Part shown: piece after piece, positions 41,414-58,570 of the stretch
How positions within the stretch are numbered: position 1 is the first letter of the stretch
Layout of the letters: each line of letters begins with the position of its first letter
Source of the DNA: Octopus vulgaris
Lineage: Eukaryota
Direction: 5' to 3'
Length of the DNA: 64,000 bases
NCBI GenBank assembly: GCA_951406725.2
Contig: OX597817.1
Coordinates: 36,146,001 to 36,210,000, forward strand
The notes under the pieces: generated by a model
Told to the model about the DNA's origin: nothing
What the model saw: only the letters and a program-made list of their open reading frames with translations
Databases searched by the model: none
Translations under genes and position numbers: made by a program

Positions 41414-42067
41414 GAAGTCAAAAATTATCCACTCTTCCGCCGTAACATATTTTTATTATGGTCACACTGCCTTCTGCGCATGCGTGCTTATAGTTGGTAC
41501 TATTGTGGTTACGTGATCGAAGTTTGAGTCTGATCGCGCCGTTTTTCTTTCTGGCTTTACAGTGTAAAGCCGCTCCACTAGCAATGTGCACCAAAGAGGA
41601 ACAAATTGTAGTGATCCGATTTCTCTGGTCGAAAGGTGTGTCAGGCGCTGAAATTCATTAGAGGCTTTTAGCACAATGCGGGAACAGTGGGCTACCACGT
41701 AGAAGTGTGTATGAGTGAATCGAGAATTTTAAAAGTGACCGGACAAGCGTGAAGTACGAAAAGGAAGCAGGACGCCATTCAACCCCCATCACTGACGAGA
41801 AGATTCAGCAAGCTCGAGAAATGGTAATGGTGAACCAGTTCTCCATTTCCATTTCTCGGATCACTGTCTTTTGTTCTTCTCAGGTGCACGTTGCTAATGG
41901 AGCGACCATGCTTACACTGTACAGCCAGAAAAAATGGCGTGATCAGGCTCGAACTTCGATCACGTGACTACAGTAGTACCATCTGTAAGCCTGCAGACGC
42001 AGAAGGCAGTGTGGCAATAGTAAAGACATGTTATGGAGAAACTGCGGATAATTTTTAACTCTCCTCG
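41411..42067 (+). mobile_element. Mariner-derived fold-back element (irritans-like) with a decayed transposase N-terminus
   Basis: Inverted arms 41411-41619 and 41856-42067, TA flanks; internal translation CTKEEQIVVIRFLWSKGVSGAEIH*RL..RRSVYE*IENFK..EAGRHST. Confidence 0.85.
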
Positions 42068-43829
42068 TATATATGTTTTATGACTGTCCTTTTCCCAAAA
42101 TGCGTAAACACATAATGAGAGACTCGTACGGGACAAAATACCAAAAGAAGTATAACCTTTCCTCAGTTGTCGACTGTTAATTATTCCCTATTTCGCGCTT
42201 TCGACGACAAGATAGGAAACCTTCATAAAACAGCAGCGTCCAGAAATTTTAAAAATATAAAATTTGTGGAGAGTTAAAGCTTCGAACAAACAAACAACGG
42301 CAAGATGGACTAACAGAGTAAACAATCTACTAAGACAAACATTAAGGGCCGTTAGGCCAAGACGGATTCTAATGGATAACGCCTGGGAGAAAGTTTGAAA
42401 GGATATAGAATATATAAGTTCCCATATATATATATATTCGCCTGCTGGTAACATTTTTCTGATTTATGATAGTAAATACCTAATATTTCTCTGTTGTTTA
42501 TAGCATTCGAAATTTACTTTTTTGTCTGTAATAATATATATACATACATATATATATACATATATGTATATGGTCATTTGATGATTAATTCATTTGTGTA
42601 GTTATATATTTATTTATGAACTTATTTACTAAAAGCAAGCCTATTGTTGTTATAATTATTACAATGGTGTCGGTAAATATTGTTGATGTTCTAGACGTTG
42701 TAGCTGCTGCTGTTGCTTTCTGAGTGTGTGTATGCGTGTGTGTTTACGTTAGATAGTCTCCTTAATTATAATTATGTTTCTGTTTTGATACACAGTCTAG
42801 ACTAAAATCAGCACAGTTATACACACGTGCTAGCACACGCGCACACAATCACGTGTATGTTTGCAATTAATTCTATTTACTCTGTATACAAAATAAGTTT
42901 ATGGATAAATTGAAAAGTCTGCTATACCTGCGGTAAGATAAGTTAGTTCAGGCTTCCTCATATCTTATTAATCAGTTTATAGCTGAAAGCAATCTTCAGA
43001 TGAGAATGGATTGCAGAAGGGATACGTTAGAATCATATTGCTTGATGTAATATTTATGAACATACACATATGTGCGTGCATGTGTATACGAACGACAGAA
43101 AAGTACAATCAACATATCTTGTGGAGTTTAAATATTTTTATTACCATTTACTAAGAATTGTAATAGTTTCATAGTTTCATAGACACTCAAAGCACGTTCG
43201 ACCACTTGACAGCGAATAGTGTGGTGGTTGTGGCTTTTAAATAAATCTGAATCTCAGTGGTCGATGTGTAGCCAGTTTGGATTGACCACTCATAGTATTG
43301 ATATCTCAATGACCTACCGAACAAGAGTAGTCTGCTTTGTTCCTATGGGGGAAGTTCCAGTAAAATTTGAATTTTTCAGTAAAGTTCATGTAATATTTAC
43401 AACTAGTTATTAGAAATTAGTCAATGGAGAGCTCTTTTGCTGGCAGTTAAATGATAGTTATATCTTTGATAAGGGAAAAGCGAACTGCTGTAATATATTC
43501 GTGGCTCGACTATCACCCATCCAGCAGGTATAGTTAGGTCAGTGTTATTCAAATACACCATATAATTAGAAATAACAAATGAGAACGAGCTTCGCTCATC
43601 ATACAATGGCAATTAATTTTATTTAGAAATGATGACAACCTCTTTATTCAGTACCAGTCGTCAAATCGAACAGACGTACTATTTGTTTCTAAAGAACTTC
43701 AATTGATGAAATTCCCAGTGAAGCTTTTATTATATGTATGCATGCATAAATATATACATATGTACTGTTAGTCAAAATGAATATTGAAATTGAGAATTTT
43801 AGAAGTATTATTTGCAGAGTTATTGTATA

Positions 43830-44555
43830 ACAAAACAGGAAATTAGAACATTTTCGGTATCATTTATTCACCATTACACGTATTTCATTTGTTAATAGGA
43901 ATTAAAAAGCTTCACATCTTTATATATAAAAGTGAGGTTGTGTGCTGTCTGTCTCCTACGATTTAGATTCCTAACTACTCCCATATTTTGCGGTGCAGTT
44001 TAACCAAAACCGGGTATCTTATAGTCGTGATTCATATCGAGCCCTTCTGGGTATTAGCGCGCGTCTACGATGAGTCTACGATTTAAAAAAAAGTTACCAT
44101 CAATTTTTCCCATTTTTAATGCAATTTTTGGCATATATAAGGGAAGTAACTCTCTAAAAGGTTATTATTAAATCTCAGAACGTTAAAAGCTACAGTAACA
44201 CCCCCCTTTGTGGTTAGCCATATTGAGATGGCTATTATACTTTACATCTCTAAAAATGCTTATATAGTTATTTCCCTTACAAACCCGAGCAACGCCAGAC
44301 GATACTGCTAGTATTAGATAAATATGTAAGGAATTTCCTATTAGACGTTCTTCAGACAGGAATAAAATAATACAAAGTAAACGATATTATTAAATAATAG
44401 AAAATATATAACATTATTTATTTTCTCTCCTTGAAAAATTTCTAATGAGAAATTCCTAGGATGTCTAAAACCTTGTAATTCCTATTAGTAAATGAAACAC
44501 GTGTAACGGTGAATAGATAATACTAATTTTTTTCCAATTTCCTGCTTTATTTCAT
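43830..44555. repeat. Old palindromic element (arms of about 150 bp) with a Helitron inserted in its left arm
   Basis: tattcaccattacacgtatttcattt pairs with aaatgaaacacgtgtaacggtgaata; aggaatttcctattaga pairs with tctaatgagaaattcct. Confidence 0.7.
43917..44311 (+). mobile_element. Non-autonomous Helitron
   Basis: a|TC..CTAG|t; same family as 24981-25653. Confidence 0.88.
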
Positions 44556-44559
44556 ATTA

Positions 44560-47180
44560 TCTCTCTCTCTATAAAATTCTTTGTCTGTCTGTCTGTCTGT
44601 CCTTCTTTCTATCTGTCTTTCCTTCTGTCTATCTGTCTCTGTTTCCAATGCATTCCCAAACGGTTTGACCAAATCAAATCAAATTTTACAAAGTTATAGT
44701 ATCACACCCCGCGAGTGTCAACATGTAATTTTTTCCCGCCTGTCTGTCTGTTTCCTGTGCATTCTCAAACGGCTCGACCAAATCAAATCAAATCAAATTT
44801 CACAAGGTCATAGTATTACACCCCGCGAGTGTCAACACGTAATTCTTTTTTTCATTTGGCTTAAAACAATATAACAGTTTATCTAAAATAATATTTCTAT
44901 AGTCAACTACAGAAAAGGACATTTTATACGACGACGACGTCGTCACAATTTTGTATATGAGTGCGTATGTGTCTGTGAGTGTGTGTGTGTGTTTGTGCGT
45001 TCGTTACATACGTTAGGCCTCATAGAATTATATACAAATACAGATCTACACATATATACACTTATGTGTATATGAGTGAGTGTGTGCATGTGTCTGTGAG
45101 TGTTTGCGCGTTCGTTACGTACGTTAGGCCTCAGAGAATTGTACACACATAACATCTACACAGACATATACGTATGTGTATATGAGTGTGTATGTGTCTG
45201 TGAGTGTGTGTGTGTTTGCGCGTTCGTTACGTATGTTAAGCCTTAGAGAATTAAACACATCTACACATACATATGTGATGACTGACAAGTGTATGTGTGT
45301 GAGTATACATACATTTTGTGTCGACTAATACATACACACATCGAGAGAGAGGGAGAGAGATAGGCCATAATGCCGAGAGAGATACAATTAAAGTGTTAGA
45401 TATTGAGAGAGAGAGAGAGAGAGAGAGGGGGGTTTACCCTGAGGTGTGCGTGAATGTATGTCTGTGTGTGTCTGTCTTAGTATATGTATGTGAGAGGATG
45501 TGAGAGTGTATGTGTATGTGAGTGCATGTGTGACAATTTTTATTTTCATTTGGATTAAAACAATATAACGCTTTATCTAAAACTACTACAGGCAATTAAG
45601 TAAACGACTCATCGACTACGACGTCACATTAATTTCTTTATGACGTCACCTTTTGTATATGAATGCGTATGTGTCTGTGAGTGTGTGTGTTTGCGCGTTC
45701 GTTAGGTACGTTACTAAACATATACACACATCTACACATACATATATATATATGTGACGACTGACAAAAAACTGAAGTGAAAATCTATGAGTATGTTTGT
45801 GACACACACATCTACACATACATATACATATGTGACCACTGACAAAATGTGAAGAGCTATGTATGTCTGTGTGTCTCTGTCTTAGTATATGTATGTGAGT
45901 GTATGTGAGAGCGTTTGTGTATGTGATTGCATATGTGTGCGAAATTTTGTGTGTTGACTGACCAAGCTCCCTCTAAACTTTGCAAATCTCAAATGTGGGG
46001 CATTTCCAAAAGCTCTGCAATGGCAACAGTTCTCCAACAAACTTGCCTCATTGTTTGGGTTGAGTGTACTGTCACACCATGGAGCTCTAGAGGCACTTGA
46101 CCCCCCCCAAGACATAAAAAACAATAGGAGTAACAGTTCTTGCAGGAGATTTTCGTCAAAGCTTGCCAGTTATACCCAAAGGATCAAAAGCTGATGAGGT
46201 CAATGCATGCTTAAAAAAATTGTACCCTTGGAGACATGTGAGAAAGCTTCACCTTACAAGCAACATGAGAGTACTTCATACAGCTGGAGCTTCTTAAGAT
46301 TGGTAATGGGATATTAACGTTCAACCTTAGACTTCAGCTACATGAAATTACATGCGGTCAAATGGTACTTTCTCTTATGGATCTTATGGATTAAGTATTT
46401 CCTAATTTATCTATCAATTCCATTGATGTAAATTGGCAATGTGAAAGAACTATACTGGCTTCAACTAATGAAATGGTTGATAAACTCAATCATAAACTTC
46501 TTCAGAAATGACTTTTCGATCAATTGACAGAACAGTCGATCAAGGTCAGGCTGTTCAATGACCTGTTGAATTTCTGAACACACTTAAACCTACTAGAATG
46601 CCACCTATAACTTGACATTAAAGCTGAGTTCTCCCATTATGTTGCTTAGGAATCCCTACCCACCTTGCCTGAGTAATGGAATTCAGTTAATTATTACTTC
46701 CATGAAGCCCCATGTCCTAGAGGAAACAATAACAGGTAGTCACATGGGAGAAAATGTCTTTATTCCCAAAATTCCTCTCATACCTGCAGATGTTCCATTT
46801 GAATTCAAGACGCTTCAGTTTCCAGTCAAACTAAGTTTTGGTATTTCAATTAACAAATCTCAGGGTCAATCCCTCAATATAGTTGGAATTGACGTCTCTA
46901 CGATTTGCTTCTCCCACGGCCAAATCTATGTTACGTGCTCACGAGTTGGAAGCAGCAACGATTTATTTATTTGGACACCAACAAAAAAGTTACCCAAGGA
47001 ATATTGCTTACTCTGAGGTGTTTCAAGATTGATAAATCTTCAATTCTAAGTTCTATTATCATTAAAATTAGGATATTTTAAAATAAAATATAGATATTTT
47101 GAAATAATTATGAGGAAAAAAAAATATCTTCATATTTATTGTTTACTAATCTGAATAAGAACGCCGGGTCATTCAGCTAG
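44560..47180 (+). mobile_element. Deleted Helitron with tandem sub-repeats and a helicase remnant
   Basis: 5' TCtctctctctataaaa with (TCTG)n, internal repeats of about 110-120 bp, 3' acgccgggtcattcagCTAG|t. Confidence 0.8.
46125..47016 (+). pseudogene. Helitron PIF1-like helicase C-terminal remnant
   Basis: VLAGDFRQSLPVIPKGSKADEVNACLK near 46135; ORF 46612-47016 has PIMLLRN..QFPVKLSFGISINKSQGQSL..FSHGQIYVTCSRV; stops and frameshifts between them. Confidence 0.92.
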
Positions 47181-47257
<77 letters not shown>

Positions 47258-47298
47258 CATACATACATACATACATACATAAATACATACATACATAC

Positions 47299-47335
<37 letters not shown>

Positions 47336-47372
47336 CATACATACATACATACATAAATACATACACAAATAC

Positions 47373-47445
<73 letters not shown>

Positions 47446-47651
47446 CATACATAGATACACACACACACACATACACACATATATACGCGCGCGCACAACA
47501 CATTAATACCTGAATATATATGTTTTAGTATGTATGGTGGTTGTCTTAGTTTAGTGTACTAAATACGCTTATAGAGATATATTATAGATATAATATTACA
47601 AACGCACACTAGTGCGAGAACCCCCCCCCACCCCCACACGCATACACACAT

Positions 47652-47701
<50 letters not shown>

Positions 47702-48315
47702 ACACATATATGTAAATGCATATGTACGTATGAGAATATGTATATATGTAAATATGTGTCTGTGCGTGTTATAAATTTCGGGCTATTTTCTCATATCCAA
47801 CACTTTCTGGCGTTTGACGGCAGTTAACCATCCGTAAACTTTTAGTTATGAGGTAATTCAAAGCAATAAATTATTAGGGGAAAGGAAATTATCCAGAATA
47901 CGAAAGCACAATTCCAGTAAATTCTACACACATCTAACACTGTATATATTGAACGCATCGATTATTTGCACCTAAACACAAACTGAAAAAAAAAAAAAAT
48001 GCCACGTATAAATGATTATATATTGCGTGTGCATGCGTATGTATTTGTCATAGAAATTATTTCAGAAATAAAGCGAGAATAGTTTCATTCAGAATTCACT
48101 AAGAATGACAAATGAATCTGCACATGACAGAACTGAATCGAATATAGAGCTATCATAGAGGAACGTATGGGGCAATACAAACATAAAGATACGTGAAAAT
48201 AACACACTGCATATGTTTTAAAATAATATATTTATATTATATATTTCCCTGGATATAATACCACGCTTTTAACACAATACGCGTACAAAAATACACATTC
48301 TTCAGTATCATTTGA

Positions 48316-48845
<530 letters not shown>

Positions 48846-49215
48846 GTGTGTGTATTGTGAGTATGTATGTGTTAGTGCATGTGTACATCAGTCGCTTTGA
48901 TGACATTGTAAATGATGTTTTTAAGTATAAAAGAAATCACCACTTTTCCTTTAAATACATGATTCCTACACAGAACAAAGCACTACTTTAAATTGTTTAC
49001 CAGTTTAAATTAGTCTATAATTTTCTATCCATGATGGTCACTTAATTACGCAAAATGGCTTTGTGTGTGCGTAGTTTTGGAGTATGTAGGTGTTTATCAA
49101 TCGCTTTGATAAAATATTTCGTTTGATGAAACATTGTAAACAATATTTTTAAGAAAACACATCGCTATTTAGTCTGAACTACCTAATTCCCATAAAAAAT
49201 AAAATAAAAACAAAT

Positions 49216-49465
49216 ACGCCCTTTTTGAAGCCTAGCCAGGCTCATGGGTCCGGTTTTCCGGTTTCTATGGAGTATGTGTTCCCCAGCTGGACGGGACGCC
49301 AGTCCATCGCAGCGTTACTCATTTTTGCCAGCTGAGTGTGGACTGGAGCAACGTGAAATGAAGTGTTTTGCTCAAGAAGACAACGCGTCGCCCGGTCCAG
49401 GAATCGAAACCATAATCTTACGATCATGATGCTGACACCCTAACCACTAAGCCACGCGCCTCCAC
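49216..49465 (-). mobile_element. tRNA-derived SINE (head 2 + tail Y)
   Basis: Head shared with 33146; tail gcgatggactggcgtcccgtccag..gaaaccgg..atgagcc. Confidence 0.88.
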
Positions 49466-50009
49466 TCATAATAAAGTACTACTACAAAAATTTAACAGTT
49501 CGCCGTTTAAATTAGTCCATAACGTTTTACACTTGTTGACCGTTTATCTATGTTAAATGAGTCAAGAAAAGGTTGCAAGACGCAACGAAAATTTTAGGAA
49601 AATTGAAATAAGAAACAAGTGGAAATTTTACCGGTGAGTGTGTTACATTATAAGGCACAAAAAGAAAATGACTCTTCCCAGACACAACAGAATATGCTTC
49701 AACACACGAACTCATATAAAGAATCTTGCAAACCAAATCCAAAAACGAAATATTTTAAATGAGATTTTGGCGTATTCATACGCTCAAGTTTGACGATTAA
49801 TATGTACAATACATTTTGAGCACTTATGCATCGTATGAGTTTTACTTTGCCTACACTTTGGTGTATAAATACATGTTCACATCATACGCACATACGTCGA
49901 TTTATTATTACATAATGAATACTATCTAAAGTAAGAATACACACGCCTAAACAAACTCGCACACATGCGTAACCAGTGTAGAACTAGTAATAATAGCATT
50001 GAAAGAATA

Positions 50010-50215
50010 AGGCAGAAACGTTAGCACGCCGGGTGAAATGCTTAGCGTTATTTCGTCTGGTTTTACGTTCTGAGTTCAAATTCCGCCGGGGTCGACTTTG
50101 CCTTTCATTCTATTCGGGTCGATAAATTAAATACCAGTTGCGTACTTGCGTCAATCTAATCGAATGGCCCCCTTTCCCGCAAAATTTCGGACCTTGTGCC
50201 TAGAATAGAAATGAA
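50010..50215 (+). mobile_element. SINE family B with an alternative tail
   Basis: ggcagaaacgttagcacgccggg..gagttcaaattccgcc..gtcgactttgcctttcat. Confidence 0.85.
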
Positions 50216-50378
50216 TAACATTGACAGAATAGCAACAACATGCATACACGCTCTTGCACGGGGACATCCAACCAATTGACATACGCACATACTGTGTGTG
50301 CGTTTCTCTCTCTACCTCTCTCTAAGCGTATACATATGTGTGTATGTGCGTATATGCACATACCTGCACATATATGTA

Positions 50379-50445
<67 letters not shown>

Positions 50446-50616
50446 GTATACAGAAGAGTCTAGTCTAATCCATAGGCAGGAGAGGTGCAGCCGGAGTGTA
50501 GAAAGTCCTAAAGAGAATCCGTAAAGGGTAGAAAGGTAGAAGTCTAGTGGAGAAGTTCGTGGGTGATGAGAGGAGAGAGGATCGACTGGTGCGACCACGT
50601 GAGCGTGTGATATATG

Positions 50617-50854
50617 GGGAGAATTAAAAAAAAACACGAAAGACAAAGACATGTGGTGTAGAAAACAAACAGATGTAATAGTATAACGCTCTGGAATTGA
50701 AAAGTATTTAACGTTTCGAGCCTACGCTCTTCTACGCTCTGTAGAAGAGCGTAGGCTCGAAACGTTAAAGACTTTTCAAAACCCGAGCGTTATACTAATA
50801 CATCTGTTTGTTTTCTACACCATCTGTCTTCGTCTTTTGTTTTTTGTGAATTCT

Positions 50855-50857
<3 letters not shown>
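50617..50857. repeat. Palindrome (arms of about 118 bp, 5-nt loop) with a hammerhead-like motif; 3' end re-copied at about 50940-50996
   Basis: tttaacgtttcgagcctacgctcttctac-gctct-gtagaagagcgtaggctcgaaacgttaaa at the centre; followed by (TA)n. Confidence 0.9.
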
Positions 50858-50911
<54 letters not shown>

Positions 50912-51631
50912 CACATATATATATATATATATATATATGTGTGTTTGTTTTCTACACCATCTGTCTTCATTTTTTGTTTTTTGTGAATTCTCCCTATATA
51001 TATATATATATATATCATTATGCGTAGCGAAACACAAACATACTTTTATATAAATCATTATATAATTGCCTCTCTATTAATTTCCTGACCAATCATTTAA
51101 TTACATGCTTACAAGATATAAGTAACAGTAGCAGTGGTCGTGGGGATGGGCGTAGTAGGGATGGCGAAACAAATCTGCATTTTGAGTTCAGATTGAGTTC
51201 AACGAAAGGTCAACGTTGCCTTTCGTCCTTTCAGGTTCGATAAAATGAAATATCAATGAAGTATTGGAGTCGATGTGATCGACTTGGTCATCGAAAAGTA
51301 AAATAAATTGAAAGGAAAAAGGAAATGGCTGGCCTTGTGTCTATACTGGAAACATTTTACTATTATAATAGCGTCTGCCTGATGGTTAATTTTAATGTTA
51401 AATTTGTTTGTTTGGACATATTTACACCCAATGAAACAGAATGTGAATTTCATTATATTTGGGTCTGGGTGTAGACCAGGCGTCGCCGAAGGGGATCCGA
51501 GTGACCCCCTAGCGGTTGTCAAGGTATTATAAGGGGTCGATGATAGCCAAGGTGTCGAATGAGGGTCAGCGTGCGAAAGAACAACTCATCAGATGAACTT
51601 CTTGAAATACTTAGCACCATGCTCGTCCCCA

Positions 51632-51937
51632 TTGTTTGTTCCTTCTCGATCCACGCCTGGCTCATTAGGGCTGGTTTCCCGGTTTCCTTGGCATATAGGT
51701 TCTCCACCTGAACGGAATGCCGGTCCGTCGCAGGTGAGTTGCAAGATGCAGGAGAAAAGATTGAGAGAATGTTGGGGCGAAAGAGTCAACAGAAGTTTCA
51801 CCATTACCCTCTGCCGGAGCCGCGTGGAGCTTAGGTGTTTCGCTCATAAACACACACACCAACCGGTCTAAGATTCGAACCCGAGATCCCTCGATCGCGA
51901 GTCCGCTGCTCTTACCACTAGGCTATGTGCTTCCACC
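51632..51937 (-). mobile_element. tRNA-derived SINE (head 1 + tail Y)
   Basis: Head like 52046-52431; tail gcgacggaccggcattccgttcag..gaaaccggg..atgagcc like 49216. Confidence 0.82.
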
Positions 51938-52045
51938 ATCCCTTACATTGATGTTGTCAATTTCTATAATAGATATTACAGTAACATGATGCGTTTTCAC
52001 TTTTTTTAACCGTGAAAACAATTTTATAAAAATTGAAAGTCTAAT

Positions 52046-52431
52046 GGATGGAAGCACTCCGTCGGTTACGACGACGAGGGTTCCGGTTGATCCGATCAAC
52101 TGAACAGCCTGCTCGTGAAATTAACGTGTAAGTGGCTGAGCATTCCACAGACACGTGTACCCTTATCGTAGTTCTCGGGGATATGCAGCGTGACACAGAG
52201 AGTGACAAGGCCGGCCCTTTGAAATACAGGTACAACAGAAACAGGAAATAAGAGTGAGAGAAAGTTGCGGTGAAAGAGTACAGCAGGGATCACCACCATC
52301 CCTGCCGGAGCCTCATGGAGCTTTAGGTGTTTTCGCTCAATAAAGACTCACAACGCCTGGTCTGGGAATCGAAACCGCGATCCTACGACCGCGAGTCCGC
52401 TGCCCTAACCACTGGGCCATTGCGCCTCCAC
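52046..52431 (-). mobile_element. tRNA-derived SINE (head 1 + tail X) with 12-bp TSD
   Basis: tgaaagtctaat at 52034-52045 and 52432-52443; A and B boxes tggcccagtgg and ggtttcgattcc. Confidence 0.92.
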
Positions 52432-52918
52432 TGAAAGTCTAATACTGTATACACGTACACGTAGTTTTAAATGTGAAAAGTTTATCATATTCAATAGAAT
52501 TTCTTAATTTGTCATTTATGTATATTTTAGCTAACATTGTAATTTCCCACATCAGTACCCGGTACGCATTTAAGATACGGTACGGCATGGTAGGGTATTA
52601 AGAAATTTTAAAGGAGGAGGGTGGTCGGCACGGAAGGAAAAGTGGCTAAAGGGGATCGATGGTCGAAAAAGTTTGGTGAACCTTGGTCTAGACGTACTTA
52701 TCCTCTTTAGAGATGATACTAGTGTATATCTATTGTGGAAGGATTCTGACCACTCCCACGTGACTGAAAGTGGACTAACGAATTTCAATAAAATACAGAA
52801 ACTGTCAGTAGTTGACCGCGGTACAGTTGACAGAGTTGGTTACTGTGTTAGTTTAATACATTGGAGAAGTACGGAGTGCGTTTTGCGTGAACATAATAAT
52901 GCGAAAGGTTATTCTAGT

Positions 52919-53309
52919 GGAGTGGCTGTGTGGTAAGTAGCTTGCTTACCAACCACATGGTTCCGGGTTCAGTCCCACTCCATGGCACCTTGGGCAAGTG
53001 TCTTCTATAGCCTCGAGCCAACAAAAACCTTGTGAGTGGATTTGGTAGACGGAAACTGAAAGAAGCCCGTCGTATATATGTATAGATATATATGTATGTA
53101 TATGTTGTGTATCTGTGTTTGTCTCCCCAAACATCGCTTGACAACCGATGCTGGTGTGTTTAGGCTCCCCGTAACTTAGCAGTTCGGCAAAGAGACCGAT
53201 AGAATAAGTACTAGGCTTACAAAAGAATAAGTCCTGTGGTCGATTCGGTTCGACTAAAGGTGGTGCTCCAGCATGGCCGCAGTCAAATGACTGAAACAAG
53301 TAAAAGAGT
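52919..53309 (+). mobile_element. SINE family A, full length
   Basis: tRNA-like head gtggctgtgtggtaag..gggttcagtccc, internal TA/TG seed, tail ggtgctccagcatggccgcagtcaaatgactgaaacaagtaaaagagt. Confidence 0.92.
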
Positions 53310-53392
53310 TAATTCAGGAACAACAGATAATTCAGTTGATCGAGCAAACGAATCTTCGTCGTCGAACGACGAAGAACCACCACCACCACCAC

Positions 53393-56039
<2,647 letters not shown>

Positions 56040-56120
56040 CTATATGTTTGTGTGTCTGTGTTTGTCCCACACAACATCGCTTGACAACCGATGGTGTGTT
56101 TACGTCCCCGTAACTTAGCT
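56040..56120 (+). mobile_element. Internal fragment of SINE family A
   Basis: gtgtttgtccc..acatcgcttgacaaccgatg..tacgtccccgtaacttagc. Confidence 0.75.
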
Positions 56121-56404
56121 CTCCTGAACGAAATGCCAGTCCGTCGTATGATTACCCCTTTACAACTGACTGGACTAGACCAACGTGGAATGACGTTCTT
56201 CGCTTAAGAGCGCAACGCACAGCCGATTTGGCGATATGGGAAACGTAACGACGATCTAATGATTGCGAGTTCAATGCCCTAACGTCTCACTAGCTGACAC
56301 ATTGTCACACATGCACTTTTAGACACACACGCACACACATATACACACACACAAATATGCATATATACACCTATGCATTTATATATATATATGTATATAG
56401 ATAT

Positions 56405-56628
56405 CTCTTTACTCTTTACTCTTTTACATGTTTCAGTCATTTGACTGTGGCCATGCTGGAGCACCACCTTTAGTCGAGCAAATCGACCCTGGGACTTATT
56501 CTTTGTAAGCCCAGTACTTATTCTATCGGTCTCTTTTGCCGAACCGCTAAGTTACGGGGACGTAAACACACCATCATCCGTAGTCAAGCGATGTTAGGTG
56601 GGGGACAGACACTGACATACAAATATAT

Positions 56629-56681
<53 letters not shown>

Positions 56682-56846
56682 TACGACAGGCTTCTTTCAG
56701 TTTCCGCCTACCAAATCCACTCACAAGGCATTGGTCGGCCCGGGGCTATAGCAGAAGACACTTGCCCAAGATGCCACGCAGTGGGACTGAACCCGGAACC
56801 ATGTGGTTGGTTTGCAAGCTACTTACCACACAGTCACTCCTGCGCC
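56405..56846 (-). mobile_element. SINE family A, full length
   Basis: Reverse complement of the family-A sequence. Confidence 0.92.
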
Positions 56847-56894
56847 TATATATATATGTATATGTATATACATATGCGTGTATATATTTATATG

Positions 56895-56929
<35 letters not shown>

Positions 56930-57220
56930 ATACAACAGCTTACGCACATTCACGCCCAAACATATGCACACACACATGCACACATGCATATCCCTCTTTG
57001 CAATATAGATATATTTGAACTATTTTCCTGTTATCCACAACCTTTATTGTTCTCTTAATCATTAGAAATCTTTCTTTTGACCACATTCGCTACACAACCA
57101 TCCGTCCATTCATTTTCGCCTCTAACCTCTCCTCTAGATTACTTCCCCATTTCGCGTTCTCATGTGCATTCTTCCTTTACATTCACTTCGCTCTCCGCCA
57201 TTAGCTTTTGCCGCGGATAC

Positions 57221-57251
<31 letters not shown>

Positions 57252-57455
57252 TGTTGTTGTAACAACAACAATAAGAACAACAATAGCAATAGCTTGTAAA
57301 TTAGGCACAAGGCCAACTTACAATCAGAAACATAATGACGATAGCTATGAACATGATAATAACGATGTCGTTTCAAATGATAATGATGATGATAATCATA
57401 AAGATGATGATGATGATGATTGTGATGGCTATCACAACAACAACAACAACATCAT

Positions 57456-57499
<44 letters not shown>

Positions 57500-57919
57500 T
57501 TAATAATGATCATAATAATTGTTGTTGCTACCGTTGTTATTGTTATTAAAAGCCTGAGTTTTCAATTTAGTAAATGTTTTACGGTTGTCTGAAAGCTTTT
57601 TATGACCAACAATTTTGTTGTTGTACTTGTGGTTATTATTTTAATATATATATATATACACATATATACACATATATTTATATTTTGTTTTGCTGACAGA
57701 CATTTCATTTCAATGGCGGCAGTGTTGATCAGAGGTGTGTGTGTGTCGAGGGGGTGGCGCAGGGAAGATATAGAGGCGACTCAACCGATTGTGGTTTTGT
57801 TGTTTTCGCCTTTTGTTTGGTGTATTTGTTGTTGATATTGTTCTTGTTTTTATTCTTGACATATTTTTATTTGTTGATCATTTACATAATTGTGCGCTAT
57901 TTTGTATGAGCCGTCATGT

Positions 57920-58570
<651 letters not shown>

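Larger units (their letters stand above)
51477..52685. mobile_element. Non-autonomous hAT (Charlie/Buster-like) element carrying two nested SINEs
   Basis: Degenerate TIRs caggcgtcgccgaa and tttggtgaaccttg; 8-bp TSD gtgtagac (51469-51476) and gtctagac (52686-52693). Confidence 0.6.

Noticed and set aside
42190-42215. gtcGAAAGCGCG on the minus strand, resembling a Penelope hammerhead 3' half
   Set aside because: No matching 5' core found nearby
44325-44460. CTGAAGA..GAAA and TTGAAAA..GAAA in the old palindrome
   Set aside because: Stems II and III do not pair convincingly
44950-45900. Regularly spaced repeats that might suggest a CRISPR-like array
   Set aside because: Whole units of about 110 bp are degenerate tandem copies inside a Helitron; no unique spacers or cas genes, and the context is eukaryotic
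57208-57592. Poly-Asn, poly-Asp, poly-Val and poly-Ile ORFs
   Set aside because: Trinucleotide microsatellites (TAG, GAT, AAT, AAC)
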